Assembly: GCA_963595625.1 (NCBI GenBank)
Contig: CAVBJB010000001.1
Location: 1 to 50,458, forward strand
Reading direction: 5' to 3'
Length of the DNA stretch: 50,458 nucleotides
DNA from: Lachnospiraceae bacterium
GTDB lineage: Bacteria > Bacteroidota > Bacteroidia > Flavobacteriales > Flavobacteriaceae
This document shows, in pieces, positions 29,290-40,028 of the stretch. The number at the start of each line of letters is the position of its first letter. Position 1 is the stretch's first letter. Both the position numbers and the translations under genes were made by a program. Below the pieces are notes generated by a model. The model made no database searches. It saw nothing but the letters and a program-made list of their open reading frames with translations, and had not been told where the DNA came from.

Positions 29290-29988
29290 TTAGCGTTGTC
29301 TAACTGTTCTGTTTTCAATTCTCTTTTCATATTTTTCTCCTTGGAAAATACGTTTAACATAAATTCCTGGAATATGAATTTGGTTTGGATCTAGTTCACC
29401 AACAGGAACTAATTCCTCAACCTCAGCAATTGTAATTTTACCAGCACCTGCCATACACGCATTAAAATTTCTAGCCGTCCCTTTAAAAATTAAGTTTCCA
29501 GACTCGTCACCTTTCCAGGCTTTGACAATAGCAAAATCAGCTTTAAAAGCTTCTTCCAAAATATGCATTTTACCATTAAATTCTCTTACCTCTTTGCCTT
29601 CTGCAACCTCGGTTCCGTATCCAGCAGGAGTAAAGAAAGCAGGTATTCCGGCTTGAGCAGCTCTACACTTTTCAGCAAGTGTTCCTTGCGGTGTTAATTC
29701 TACCTCGAGCTCACCCGAAAGCATTTGCTGTTCAAATATTTTATTTTCTCCTACGTAAGAAGATATCATTTTCTTGATTTGTTTTTTTTGTAGAAGAAGA
29801 CCTAATCCAAAGTCATCTACTCCTGCATTATTAGCAATGCAAGTTAAACCCTTAACATTTTTTTTGACTAATTCTGCAATAGCATTTTCGGGGATTCCGC
29901 AAAGGCCAAAGCCCCCAAACATAATAGTCATATTGTCTGTCACATCAAAAAGAGCTTCAGAAGCATTATTTACTTTTTTATTAATCAT
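29290..29988 (-). CDS. scoA: 3-oxoacid CoA-transferase subunit A
   Basis: [29 protein letters not shown]. Confidence 0.92.
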   Translation of the reverse strand: MINKKVNNASEALFDVTDNMTIMFGGFGLCGIPENAIAELVKKNVKGLTCIANNAGVDDFGLGLLLQKKQIKKMISSYVGENKIFEQQMLSGELEVELTPQGTLAEKCRAAQAGIPAFFTPAGYGTEVAEGKEVREFNGKMHILEEAFKADFAIVKAWKGDESGNLIFKGTARNFNACMAGAGKITIAEVEELVPVGELDPNQIHIPGIYVKRIFQGEKYEKRIENRTVRQR

Positions 29989-30019
29989 ATTGTGAGTTTG
30001 TTTAATTTATTATAAAAAT

Positions 30020-30050
30020 AAAAAAACGCCTTTAAAAAAAGGCGTTTTTT
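30020..30050 (-). terminator. Terminator after the PBP1A gene
   Basis: AAAAAACGCCTTT-AAAA-AAAGGCGTTTTTT. Confidence 0.8.
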
Positions 30051-30053
30051 ATA

Positions 30054-32396
30054 TTAAAATCTAAATTCATCGGTTGTGGTTGTGGGAACTGAAATTTCAG
30101 TAGAATCTACCACGGCAGCTCTAGGTACCCAACAATCTACTTTTGTTTTAAGGTCTTTAGGTTTTTCAAACTGTCCCTTAGAAACACTTAGAGTAGCATC
30201 ATCATAACATTTATTCATATAAAGTCCCCAGATAGGTAATGCCATCGTAGCACCTTGACCATATACAGTACGTTTAAAGTTAGCTGATCGATCATCATTA
30301 CCAACCCAAACTGCAGTAGCTAAGTTTGGAACCATACCAATGAACCAACCGTCAGAGTTGTTTTGAGAAGTTCCTGTTTTACCTGCAATAGGGTTTGTAA
30401 ATTTATAAGGTAACCCTGTAACTCTATTATAAGAAGGACCTCCAGAACCATAACGTAAACGTGCTCCAGTTCCAGATTCTGTAACCCCTTCCATTAATTT
30501 CGTAATTACATAAGCTTTTTCTTCTGACATTACTTCATTAGTGACTGGTGTATGTCTGTAGACAACAACACCGTTTTTATCAACTATTTTAGATATAATG
30601 TGAGGTTTTACATATACTCCTTTGTTAGCAAAAGTACTAAAAGCTCCAACCATTTCTTTAACGGTAATATCTACAGCTCCTAAAGCAATTGCTGGTTGTT
30701 TTGGAATATCTGTAGTTACCCCTAATTGTTTCACTAAATCGATAACTTCCATTGGACCGATCATGTCAATTAATTTTGCAGAAACAGTATTCACCGAATT
30801 TGATAAAGCTTTTTTATAGGTAATCATTCCACTATATTTCCCTGTTGAGTTGGATGGATTCCAAGGCGCATCAATATTCCATTTCCCTTTTGGCATATAA
30901 AATGGAGCATCTAAAATACTGTCGCAAGGAGATAAATCTTTTTGCTCAAAAGCAGCGGCGTAAACAAAAGGTTTAAATGTAGAACCAACTTGACGTGCAC
31001 CTTGACCTACGTGATCGTATTGGAAATGTTTGTAATCAATTCCACCAACCCAAGCCTTAACATCACCTGTTTGTGGTTCCATAGACATCATACCAACTTG
31101 TAAAAAGTATTTATGATAACGTATAGAATCCATAGGAGTCATGATTGTATCTTTGTAATTCTTCATCGAAGACAAATCAAAATCACCTTTTGCAAAATTT
31201 CTTTCCCAAGCAAATACACGCATTGAGGTTGGAACATGAAATGATTTTTTAATTTGCTCCTCAGAGAAATTTTTAGATTTCATGATTTTCCAACGGTCCG
31301 AATTTTTCATTGCTCGATCTAAAATTTTTTCGATCTCAGCTTCGGAAACTTTATTAAATGGAGCAGTTTTATTGTTTTTATGTTCAATAAAAAATTGTTC
31401 TTGAAGGTTTGAGAGGTGTTGAACAACTGCTTCTTCTGCGTATTGCTGCATTCTGGAATCAATTGTTGTATAAATTTTTAATCCATCTCTATAAATGTCA
31501 TATTCTGATCCGTCTTGTTTAGGATTATCTTTAACCCATTGACGAAGTTCTTCTCTTAAATATTCTCTAAAATAAGTAGCATTTCCCTCAGCGTGACTTT
31601 CAAGTTTAAAGTTAAGAGATAACTCTCTTTTTTTAAATGTTTCAGCCTGTTCTTTGGTTAAATAATTGTTTTTAACCATTTGCTCTAAAACTGTATTACG
31701 GCGGTCTTTAACCTCTTTAGGTCTTTTATTAGGATTAAAAAGAGAAGGGTTTTTAAGCATTCCTACAAACATAGCTGCTTCGTCAACAGTTAGATCTTTT
31801 AAATCTTTACCTAAGTACACTTGAGCTGCTGAACGTATACCTACAGCATTGTTCACAAAATCAGCACGGTTTAAATACATTGCAATGATCTCTTGTTTTG
31901 TATATTGACGTTCTAATTTAGTTGCAATGATCCACTCTTTTATTTTTTGAACTCCCCTGATAATAATATTTTTATTACCTTCTCCGTGAAATAATAGTTT
32001 GGCTAATTGTTGAGAAATAGTACTGGCACCACCAGAACTACCTAAAGATGATACAGCTCTTAAAGTACCTCGAGCATCAATACCAGAGTGTTCATAAAAA
32101 CGTTCATCCTCGGTGGCAACTAATGCATTTACTAAGTGTTTAGGTAAATCCTCATATTTAATATTTACCCTATTTTCTAAATAAAATTTACCGATAACTT
32201 TATTATCACTCGAAAAAATTTCTGTTGCTTGATTAGAATTTGGATTTTCTAATTGATCAAATGTGGGCATTTTACCAAAAAGTCCCCAATTAGCAAAAAG
32301 AAAGAATAATATAATTGCTATTGCTCCTATACCAACTATTTTCCAAAACTTTTTTACATAAACTGCAAATTCTGCTTTTTCGTTTTTATTGCTCAT
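30054..32396 (-). CDS. Class A penicillin-binding protein (PBP1A; transglycosylase + transpeptidase)
   Basis: EDERFYEH, GASTISQQLAK, STFK (SxxK), SVN (SxN), KTG. Confidence 0.95.
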   Translation of the reverse strand: MSNKNEKAEFAVYVKKFWKIVGIGAIAIILFFLFANWGLFGKMPTFDQLENPNSNQATEIFSSDNKVIGKFYLENRVNIKYEDLPKHLVNALVATEDERFYEHSGIDARGTLRAVSSLGSSGGASTISQQLAKLLFHGEGNKNIIIRGVQKIKEWIIATKLERQYTKQEIIAMYLNRADFVNNAVGIRSAAQVYLGKDLKDLTVDEAAMFVGMLKNPSLFNPNKRPKEVKDRRNTVLEQMVKNNYLTKEQAETFKKRELSLNFKLESHAEGNATYFREYLREELRQWVKDNPKQDGSEYDIYRDGLKIYTTIDSRMQQYAEEAVVQHLSNLQEQFFIEHKNNKTAPFNKVSEAEIEKILDRAMKNSDRWKIMKSKNFSEEQIKKSFHVPTSMRVFAWERNFAKGDFDLSSMKNYKDTIMTPMDSIRYHKYFLQVGMMSMEPQTGDVKAWVGGIDYKHFQYDHVGQGARQVGSTFKPFVYAAAFEQKDLSPCDSILDAPFYMPKGKWNIDAPWNPSNSTGKYSGMITYKKALSNSVNTVSAKLIDMIGPMEVIDLVKQLGVTTDIPKQPAIALGAVDITVKEMVGAFSTFANKGVYVKPHIISKIVDKNGVVVYRHTPVTNEVMSEEKAYVITKLMEGVTESGTGARLRYGSGGPSYNRVTGLPYKFTNPIAGKTGTSQNNSDGWFIGMVPNLATAVWVGNDDRSANFKRTVYGQGATMALPIWGLYMNKCYDDATLSVSKGQFEKPKDLKTKVDCWVPRAAVVDSTEISVPTTTTDEFRF

Positions 32397-32889
32397 TTTG
32401 ACTCAATTTTTCAATTCTAAATCCTACTTCTGAAACACCTTCTAGCTCTTGTACACCTTTAACTTTACCTGTTTCTCTAACAGCTTGGTAAATTTTAAAA
32501 GTATATTTACCCATTTCTTTTAAAGGCTCATTTTCTTTAAACCAAAGTTTACTTTCTTTAATATCCGAAATCCCTTTTCCTAGTAGCTCCCCTGTTGGCT
32601 TTGTCATTGCATACTCTAGAGTATCAACTTGAATGTCTTTAGATGGAGTTTCGGTTTCCACAATTAAAAAAAGATTATTAAATGGGAAATCATTGGATAC
32701 ACGCATATTTATAAAATAATTATAAGGCGTTAGTGTGTCTTTAGACTCATACTCAAAAACAAAAGCTTCGTTAGCTTTCCAGGCTCCATCAAGGTTTGCG
32801 TATTGGTCGTAAACTCTATCCTTATCACACGATAGTAAAGTTAATAGTATTACTATACTAAAGCTAAACGTTTTATTCTTTAGGAACAT
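32386..32889 (-). CDS. gldH: Gliding motility lipoprotein GldH
   Basis: Lipobox LLSC, FPFNNLFL, DTLEY..GELLGKG, VGFRIE; lies between the PSP1 and PBP1A genes. Confidence 0.9.
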   Translation of the reverse strand: MFLKNKTFSFSIVILLTLLSCDKDRVYDQYANLDGAWKANEAFVFEYESKDTLTPYNYFINMRVSNDFPFNNLFLIVETETPSKDIQVDTLEYAMTKPTGELLGKGISDIKESKLWFKENEPLKEMGKYTFKIYQAVRETGKVKGVQELEGVSEVGFRIEKLSQNEQ

Positions 32890-34495
32890 TGTTGTTATTT
32901 GTAGCTTGTTTGTTGTTGTTAGACTTAGGTTTATTTAGGTTATTATTTACAGGTTTAGATGTGGTAGCATCTGAGTCTGTATTAGGTCTTGGACCTTTAT
33001 TTTTGTTTTTGAATCTATTATTTGGACGTTTAGGTTTGTTATCTCCTTCGATGTTTTTAGATTCTGCGTTAACAGGATTATCATTCCCTTCTGCACGCTC
33101 CGTTTTCTCAATTTTAGCAGGACGTTCGCTTCGGTCATATTTTTCTGAACGGTTGTTCTTAGAATTTCTTTCTGTTCGTTCTTGTCTTTCTGATCTTACA
33201 GGTCTATCAGATTTGTCATTTTTATCATTTTTTTCCTGACGATCCACTCTAATTTGTTTATCGTTTTTATTAAAACGTTCCGAACGCTCTGATCTTTCGT
33301 TTGTATTTTTAACACGTTCGCCTTGATCAGCACTTGCTCTGTTTACATTTTCTTTATCTAAAACAACTTTTTTCTTTTTAGGAGAAGATTTACTTTTCTT
33401 TTTAGGTTGATCAAAACGTGTAATAGAATCTTGTCCTACTGCATTTTGGAAATTTTCTGGAATTTCAACTAAATTTTCATCTGAATAATCTTCAATAGCA
33501 GATATGACTTTACCTGACTTATTAATTTCAATGATTTCTTGAACTTGTTCCACAGATAAAACATACCAATGGGCTGGATTATTAGGATAAGCAAACCACA
33601 TTAAACGTTTAAAAATGTCTATTTTTTGACAATTAACGTCGCCTTTATCTGTTTGTAGTTTAGTTTCCATAGATGGAAAATCTTGTAATGCATCTAGGTA
33701 CGTATCTAACTCATAGTTTAAACAACATTTTAATTTACCACATTGACCGGCCAATTTTTGTGGATTTAAAGATAATTGTTGGTAACGTGCTGCAGATGTA
33801 TTAACAGATCTAAAATCTGTTAACCATGTTGAGCAACATAATTCCCTACCACAAGATCCAATACCACCTAAGCGAGCAGCTTCCTGACGGAAACCAACCT
33901 GTTTCATCTCAATTCGTGTATTAAACTCTCTAGCAAAGTCTTTAATTAACTGTCTAAAATCTACTCGATCATTAGCTGTGTAATAAAACGTTGCTTTAGA
34001 ACCATCCCCTTGAAACTCGATATCCGAAATTTTCATTTCAAGATTAAGATTTATAGCAAGTTCACGAGCTCTAACCTTCATAGGCTCTTCTCGTTCTCTA
34101 ACTTCCTGCCAAATATCGATATCTTTTTGAGAGGCTTTTCTGTATAATTTAAGTACTTCCCCTTGTGGATCAGCCCCTTTTTTCTTCATCTGTACTTTAA
34201 CCAGTTCCCCGGTTAATGTTACTATTCCTATATCATGACCTGTTGCAGCTTCAGTAGCTACAATATCTCCCATTGATAAAGTTAAGTTTTCATGATTTCT
34301 GTAGAAATCTTTTCTACCGTTTTTAAAACGTACCTCAACACAGTCAAACATTTGTTGACCATTAGGTACGGCCATATTTGACAGCCAGTCAAATACGGTT
34401 AACTTGTTGCAACTATCTGTGCCACAAGTTCCATTACTTTTACAACCACGCGGAGTTCCGTCGGAACTCTTCGTTGCACAACTAGTACATGCCAT
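32873..34495 (-). CDS. ricT: PSP1/RicT (YaaT)-family Fe-S regulatory protein with a long low-complexity tail
   Basis: RVDFRQL, GGIGSCGRELCC, KLAGQCGKLKCCLNYE; Cys-rich N-terminus. Confidence 0.88.
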   Translation of the reverse strand: MACTSCATKSSDGTPRGCKSNGTCGTDSCNKLTVFDWLSNMAVPNGQQMFDCVEVRFKNGRKDFYRNHENLTLSMGDIVATEAATGHDIGIVTLTGELVKVQMKKKGADPQGEVLKLYRKASQKDIDIWQEVREREEPMKVRARELAINLNLEMKISDIEFQGDGSKATFYYTANDRVDFRQLIKDFAREFNTRIEMKQVGFRQEAARLGGIGSCGRELCCSTWLTDFRSVNTSAARYQQLSLNPQKLAGQCGKLKCCLNYELDTYLDALQDFPSMETKLQTDKGDVNCQKIDIFKRLMWFAYPNNPAHWYVLSVEQVQEIIEINKSGKVISAIEDYSDENLVEIPENFQNAVGQDSITRFDQPKKKSKSSPKKKKVVLDKENVNRASADQGERVKNTNERSERSERFNKNDKQIRVDRQEKNDKNDKSDRPVRSERQERTERNSKNNRSEKYDRSERPAKIEKTERAEGNDNPVNAESKNIEGDNKPKRPNNRFKNKNKGPRPNTDSDATTSKPVNNNLNKPKSNNNKQATNNNNVPKE

Positions 34496-34697
34496 AATTT
34501 TGCGAATATATAGATCGTGGATACACCACTACGATTCAAAAAAAATTTATCTGTAAAGATATTATTTTTTAAGGTATTATGGTTAATTTAATTTTAAAAC
34601 ACATCATTTAATAGATAAAAATAAAACCATTTTATATAAGTGCTTCATAAAAGCCATTAATTTTTAAAAGTTGTTGCTTTATTTTAACAATAAAAAC

Positions 34698-34725
34698 AAA
34701 AAAAGCTCGGCAAAAAGCCGAGCTT
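34698..34725 (-). terminator. Terminator after the M13 peptidase gene
   Basis: AAGCTCGGC-AAAAA-GCCGAGCTT preceded by an A tract (U tract on minus strand). Confidence 0.8.
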
Positions 34726-34739
34726 GAATTTTAATCATT

Positions 34740-36839
34740 TTACCAGATTTTTACACGATTTTCTGGTTTAATATATAATTTATCACCTTCTTTAATATTA
34801 AAGGCTTTGTACCAATCCTCAACATTTTGTAATGGAACAAAAGCTCTATACATAGCAGGTGCGTGTGGGTCTGTTTTTACTTGGTTTTTTATTGCTTCAT
34901 CTCTAGACTTAGTTCTCCAAATCGTTCCCCAAGAAATAAAGAAACGTTGCTCTGGAGTGAAACCGTCAATTAAACCAGGATTCCCATGTTTGGCTAAGAA
35001 AATTTGTAAACCATCATAAGCAGCTTGTACACCACCTAAATCTCCAATGTTTTCTCCCAATGTAAATTTACCATCAACAAAAATTCCTGGTAAGGGTTGT
35101 AAAGCTGAGTATTGATCTGCTAAACTACCTCCTAATTGAGTAAATTGTTTTAAATCTTCTTCCGTCCACCAGTTCTCTAAATTACCTTCTGCATTGTAAC
35201 GAGCTCCAGAATCATCGAACGCGTGAGAGATTTCGTGACCAATTACAGCTCCAATACCACCATAATTTACAGCTTCATCCGCTTTATAATCGTAAAAAGG
35301 CGGTTGTAAAATAGCCGCTGGGAATACAATTTCGTTATTGGCTGGGTTAAAATATGCATTTACGGTTTGTGGTGACATACCCCAACGCGTTTTATCTACA
35401 GGTTTACCATAATCCGCAATATTTTCTGCAAATCTCCATTTTCCAATGTTTTTAGAGTTTTCATAATACGAACCTCCGTTTTCTGGTGACTTAACCTCTA
35501 CTTTAGAGTAGTCTTTCCATTGATCTGGATATCCTATTTTAACAGTAAATTTTCTAATTTTCTCTACAGCCCCTTGTTTGGTTTGCTTTGTCATCCAAGG
35601 TAAACGGTTAATTCTATCTTCAAAAGCTTGCATAACATTATCAATCATGTCTTTAGCTTTTTCTTTAGCTTCTGCCGGAAATTTTTGTTCTACATATAAT
35701 TTACCTAATGCTTCACCTAACGTTCCGTTTACTACTTGTAACGCTCTTTCTTCAGCTGGTCTTTGAGCAACAGCCCCTTGTAAGGTTTTACTGAAGAAAT
35801 CAAAATCAGCTTCATCAATTTCTGTTGTTAAAATGCTTGAAGATTTATTGATTAAAACCCAACGCATATACGCTTTTAAATCTTCCGTTGAAGCTGTTTT
35901 ATAAATGTTTTCTAAAGCTTTCATATACTCAGGCATAGAAACAATTACTTGATCTACATTTGTTAATCCAGCATTTTTAAAGTATCCAGCCCAGTCTACA
36001 GATGGAGTTAATTTTTGTAACTCAGCAACTGTCATTGGGTTGTATGTTTTTCTACGATCTCTACGAGCCACACGGTCTAAACGAGCTTCAGCCATTTTAG
36101 TCTCTAATGCTAAAACTTTTTGAGCTTGTTTGTCTGCCTCTGTTTTAGGAATTTCTAAGAATTGTAACATTCTAGAAACGTGAGCCACGTATTTTTCTCT
36201 TTTTTCTTTTGAATCTTGATCCTGAGAAACATAATAATCACGATCAGGTAACCCAATACTTCCTGGTGATACTGAAAGTACATTTTTATTAGAATCTTTA
36301 GCATCTGATCCAATGTACATACCAAAGAAACCTAAACTGTTTCCTGTTTTAATTAATTCTTTTTGAAGAGCTACAACGTCTTTATTCGTTTTAATTTTAT
36401 TAATTAAAGCTAACTCTCCTTTAATAGGTGTAATACCTGCTTTGTTACGCGCTTCAAAATCTAAAAAAGTACGGTACATATTAACCGCTTTTGCTTGATC
36501 CGAATTTGGATCTAAATTTTTATTAGCTACCGCAGCTTTTAAAATATTTAAAGCATCGATATCTGTGTTCTGACGTAGTTCATCAAAACTTCCCCAACGT
36601 GTACGGTCAGAAGGAATATCTGTCTTATCAAACCAAGTTCCATTTACATATCTAAAAAAGTCGTCTCCAGGTTTAACTGATTTATCCATAAAATCTAAAT
36701 TAATACCTACACCTTTTTTATCTAGACTCACTACATTTTCTTGTGTTGGTTTTTGAGCAGGTTCTTGAGCTGATTTAGTTGAATTACAACTTGCCATAGC
36801 TAAAGTAGCTGCTGATATTACAAATAGTTTTGTATACAT
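34740..36839 (-). CDS. M13-family (neprilysin/PepO) zinc metallopeptidase lipoprotein
   Basis: Lipobox MASC, VNAY, HEISH, GENIGD, DPHAP. Confidence 0.95.
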   Translation of the reverse strand: MYTKLFVISAATLAMASCNSTKSAQEPAQKPTQENVVSLDKKGVGINLDFMDKSVKPGDDFFRYVNGTWFDKTDIPSDRTRWGSFDELRQNTDIDALNILKAAVANKNLDPNSDQAKAVNMYRTFLDFEARNKAGITPIKGELALINKIKTNKDVVALQKELIKTGNSLGFFGMYIGSDAKDSNKNVLSVSPGSIGLPDRDYYVSQDQDSKEKREKYVAHVSRMLQFLEIPKTEADKQAQKVLALETKMAEARLDRVARRDRRKTYNPMTVAELQKLTPSVDWAGYFKNAGLTNVDQVIVSMPEYMKALENIYKTASTEDLKAYMRWVLINKSSSILTTEIDEADFDFFSKTLQGAVAQRPAEERALQVVNGTLGEALGKLYVEQKFPAEAKEKAKDMIDNVMQAFEDRINRLPWMTKQTKQGAVEKIRKFTVKIGYPDQWKDYSKVEVKSPENGGSYYENSKNIGKWRFAENIADYGKPVDKTRWGMSPQTVNAYFNPANNEIVFPAAILQPPFYDYKADEAVNYGGIGAVIGHEISHAFDDSGARYNAEGNLENWWTEEDLKQFTQLGGSLADQYSALQPLPGIFVDGKFTLGENIGDLGGVQAAYDGLQIFLAKHGNPGLIDGFTPEQRFFISWGTIWRTKSRDEAIKNQVKTDPHAPAMYRAFVPLQNVEDWYKAFNIKEGDKLYIKPENRVKIW

Positions 36840-37002
36840 TACGCAGTTCTTTAAAAGTTAATCTTAACAAATATAAAAAAGTAAACCTTCTATTCATTAA
36901 TTTTAACAATCTAATTCTATTAAAAACTTCCTATTTGTATAAGTTTTAACCTCAATATCAATATGCTTTTGTATTTTTACAAAAAAAATTATTTAAAGTT
37001 TT

Positions 37003-37677
37003 ATGTGGGAAATATTTAAAAAATATAGATATTTTTTTATTCTAATGTTCGTTATATCAGCCGTTATTTTATTCTTGTTTTACGATGCTTTAACACCTAA
37101 AAAACAATTACCCATATATACCCCTAGCATGGTTAACCCAGAAATGGTAGACTCTACTATACAACACCATGCTAATAAAAAACAGCACCAGATTGCTGAT
37201 TTTGAGTTTGTAAATCAAAATAATACAACAATAACTCAGGACACCTATAAAGATAAGATTTACATTGCTGATTTCTTTTTTACCACTTGCCAAACTATTT
37301 GTCCAATAATGACTGATAACATGGCTTTAGTTCAACAAGAAATTAAAGATATGGATGACGTTATGATTTTATCTCATAGTGTGACTCCAGAGATTGATAC
37401 TCCAGAAGTATTAAAACAATACGCCCTTAAAAAAGGTGTTGACGATACAAAATGGAATTTAGTAACAGGAAAAAAAGAAGACATTTATTTTATAGCAAGA
37501 AAATCTTATTTAGCCGTTAAAACAGGAGATCCCTCGCAGATGTATGATATGGTACATACAGAAAATTTTGTTTTAGTAGATAAAAACAAGCGTGTTAGAG
37601 GTTTTTACGACGGTACAAAATTAGAAGATATTGAAAAGCTGATTATAGATATTAAACTTCTAAGAGCAAATAAATAA
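37003..37677 (+). CDS. SCO1/SenC-family copper chaperone
   Basis: N-terminal TM, FFFTTCQTICP (CxxxC), conserved His in HTENF. Confidence 0.92.
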   Translation: MWEIFKKYRYFFILMFVISAVILFLFYDALTPKKQLPIYTPSMVNPEMVDSTIQHHANKKQHQIADFEFVNQNNTTITQDTYKDKIYIADFFFTTCQTICPIMTDNMALVQQEIKDMDDVMILSHSVTPEIDTPEVLKQYALKKGVDDTKWNLVTGKKEDIYFIARKSYLAVKTGDPSQMYDMVHTENFVLVDKNKRVRGFYDGTKLEDIEKLIIDIKLLRANK

Positions 37678-37681
37678 AAAC

Positions 37682-37715
37682 AAAATTTAGAATTGTAACG
37701 ATTCTAAATTTTTTT
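37682..37715 (+). terminator. AT-rich hairpin after SCO (weak terminator and/or operator)
   Basis: AAAATTTAGAAT-TGTAACG-ATTCTAAATTTT followed by T. Confidence 0.55.
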
Positions 37716-37751
37716 AAACTTAACCAGAAAGTATATTCAATCTAAATAAAA

Positions 37752-37976
37752 ATGAAGACGTTAGATACTTTAGCTGTGAATCAAAAAGCTATAATTTTAG
37801 ATTTTAAAGAATCTGAAATTCCTTTAAAATTAGTAGAAATGGGATGTTACCCGGGTAGTGAAGTTAAGGTGATTAAAAAATCACTTTTTGGATGTCCTAT
37901 CTATTTAAAAATTAACGACACGTATTTAAGCATACGTAAAGATTTAGCTAAAGAAATTTCAATTGAAATAAAATAA
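37752..37976 (+). CDS. feoA: Ferrous iron transport protein A
   Basis: KLVEMGCYPG..GCPI..LSIRK; directly upstream of feoB. Confidence 0.9.
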   Translation: MKTLDTLAVNQKAIILDFKESEIPLKLVEMGCYPGSEVKVIKKSLFGCPIYLKINDTYLSIRKDLAKEISIEIK

Positions 37977-37978
37977 AA

Positions 37979-40021
37979 ATGAGTACACCCATAAAAGTAG
38001 CACTTATTGGAAATCCAAACGTTGGTAAAACTTCCATTTTTAATACGTTAACGGGATTAAATCAAAAAGTTGGAAACTATCCCGGAATTACAGTAGAGAA
38101 AAAATCGGGGATTTGTAAGTTAGACGAAAATACAAAGGCAACTATTATAGATTTACCAGGAACCTATTCTATAAACCCAACATCTATAGACGAGGAGGTA
38201 GCCTTAAAAATTTTAGTAGACCAAAATTCAACTGAGAAACCTGATGTTGTACTTGTAGTTGCAGAGGTTGAAAATTTAAAAAGAAACTTGCTTTTATTTT
38301 CACAAGTTAAAGATTTAGGTTTTCCAACTCTTTTAATCATCAATATGGCAGACCGTATGGAAACAAACGGTATTGCAATAGATGTTGCACAATTAGAAAA
38401 ACAATTAAACACAAAAGTTATACTTGTATCGGTAAAAAAGAATCAAGGATTTACAGAATTAAAACAAGCTATAAAATCTTATCAAAGTTTAAATACAACG
38501 CCCTTTTTTAATATCACACAATTAAGCACTGAAGCTGAAAAAATAGATGATTACAGAAACTGGCTTATAAAAACTCAGGAAAACGATAAAAAAGAAGTAC
38601 CTGATACGGATCTAAAAAAGATTCAGCATAAGGAAACTATAAAACGTTTCCAATTAATAAATTCTGTTTTAAAAGAAACTTATACTAAAGATACGAGCAA
38701 AGCCACAGGATTACGTTATAAATTAGATGCTATACTAACACATAAATTTTGGGGATATGTAATATTTTTCGGAATTATGCTTTTAGTTTTCCAATCTATT
38801 TTTGAGTGGTCTAGCATCCCGATGGATTTTATTGATGCATCATTTGGAAGCTTAACTGATACGTTAAAAGAAATATTACCCGCAGGTAAACTAACGGATT
38901 TGTTAACTGATGGTCTAATTTCAGGAATCAACGGAGTCGTAATCTTTATCCCTCAAATTGCCATTTTGTTTCTTTTTATTTCTATTTTGGAAGAAACAGG
39001 CTATATGAGTAGAGTCGTATTTTTAATGGATCGAGTAATGAGACCTTTTGGCTTAAACGGAAAATCTATTGTTCCTTTAATTTCAGGTACCGCATGTGCA
39101 ATTCCGGCCATTATGTCTGCACGTAATATTGAAGATACAAAAGAGCGATTAATTACCATGTTAATCACGCCATTTACAACATGTTCAGCTCGTATACCGG
39201 TTTATGTAATCATTATATCTTTAGTAATTCCAGATGATAGAGTTTTAGGTATATTTACTTACCAATCCTTAACCATGACACTTTTATATTTGTTAGGTTT
39301 TTTAGCAGCTATACTATCTGGTTGGATACTAAGTAAATTTATTAAAACAGACCGCAAAAGTTATTTTGTGGCTGAAATGCCAGAATATCGTAAACCTATA
39401 GCTAAAAATGTAGCATTTAATGTTTGGGATAAAACCAAAGCCTTTGTATTTGGCGCTGGTAAAATTATATTACCACTTTCTATACTACTTTGGTTTTTAG
39501 GAACTCACGGAACTTCAAATTTTGATAATGCTGAGGAGATTATACAAACTCAATACGCGACTCAAAATTTAACTGAAGAAGTTTTAAACGATAAAATTGC
39601 AGCTTTCCAGCTAGAAAATTCTTACATGGGTAAAATCGGTAAGTTTATAGAACCTGCCGTTGCGCCTTTAGGTTTTGACTGGAAAATTGGTATTGCTGTT
39701 ATTACTTCATTTTCTGCAAGAGAAGTATTTGTAGGAACACTAGCAACCATATATAATATAGGAAGTCATGCAGATGATGAAGATTTTACGCTGATAAAAG
39801 ATATTATGATGAACGAGAAAAGACCCGATGGTTCTCCAGTATTTACACTTGCCACGGGTGTTTCAATTTTATTATTTTACGCTTTTGCTATGCAATGTAT
39901 GTCCACCATTGCAATTATTAAAAAAGAAACAAATTCTTTAAAATGGACTATATATCAAGCTATAGGTATGACCTCTTTTGCATATTTAGTATCCTTAATT
40001 GCTTATCAAATTTTAAAATAA
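37979..40021 (+). CDS. feoB: Ferrous iron transport protein B
   Basis: GNPNVGKT, GNYPGITVE, DLPG, NMAD, LEETGYMSR, CSARIP, AREV. Confidence 0.96.
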   Translation: MSTPIKVALIGNPNVGKTSIFNTLTGLNQKVGNYPGITVEKKSGICKLDENTKATIIDLPGTYSINPTSIDEEVALKILVDQNSTEKPDVVLVVAEVENLKRNLLLFSQVKDLGFPTLLIINMADRMETNGIAIDVAQLEKQLNTKVILVSVKKNQGFTELKQAIKSYQSLNTTPFFNITQLSTEAEKIDDYRNWLIKTQENDKKEVPDTDLKKIQHKETIKRFQLINSVLKETYTKDTSKATGLRYKLDAILTHKFWGYVIFFGIMLLVFQSIFEWSSIPMDFIDASFGSLTDTLKEILPAGKLTDLLTDGLISGINGVVIFIPQIAILFLFISILEETGYMSRVVFLMDRVMRPFGLNGKSIVPLISGTACAIPAIMSARNIEDTKERLITMLITPFTTCSARIPVYVIIISLVIPDDRVLGIFTYQSLTMTLLYLLGFLAAILSGWILSKFIKTDRKSYFVAEMPEYRKPIAKNVAFNVWDKTKAFVFGAGKIILPLSILLWFLGTHGTSNFDNAEEIIQTQYATQNLTEEVLNDKIAAFQLENSYMGKIGKFIEPAVAPLGFDWKIGIAVITSFSAREVFVGTLATIYNIGSHADDEDFTLIKDIMMNEKRPDGSPVFTLATGVSILLFYAFAMQCMSTIAIIKKETNSLKWTIYQAIGMTSFAYLVSLIAYQILK

Positions 40022-40028
40022 TTACGTT

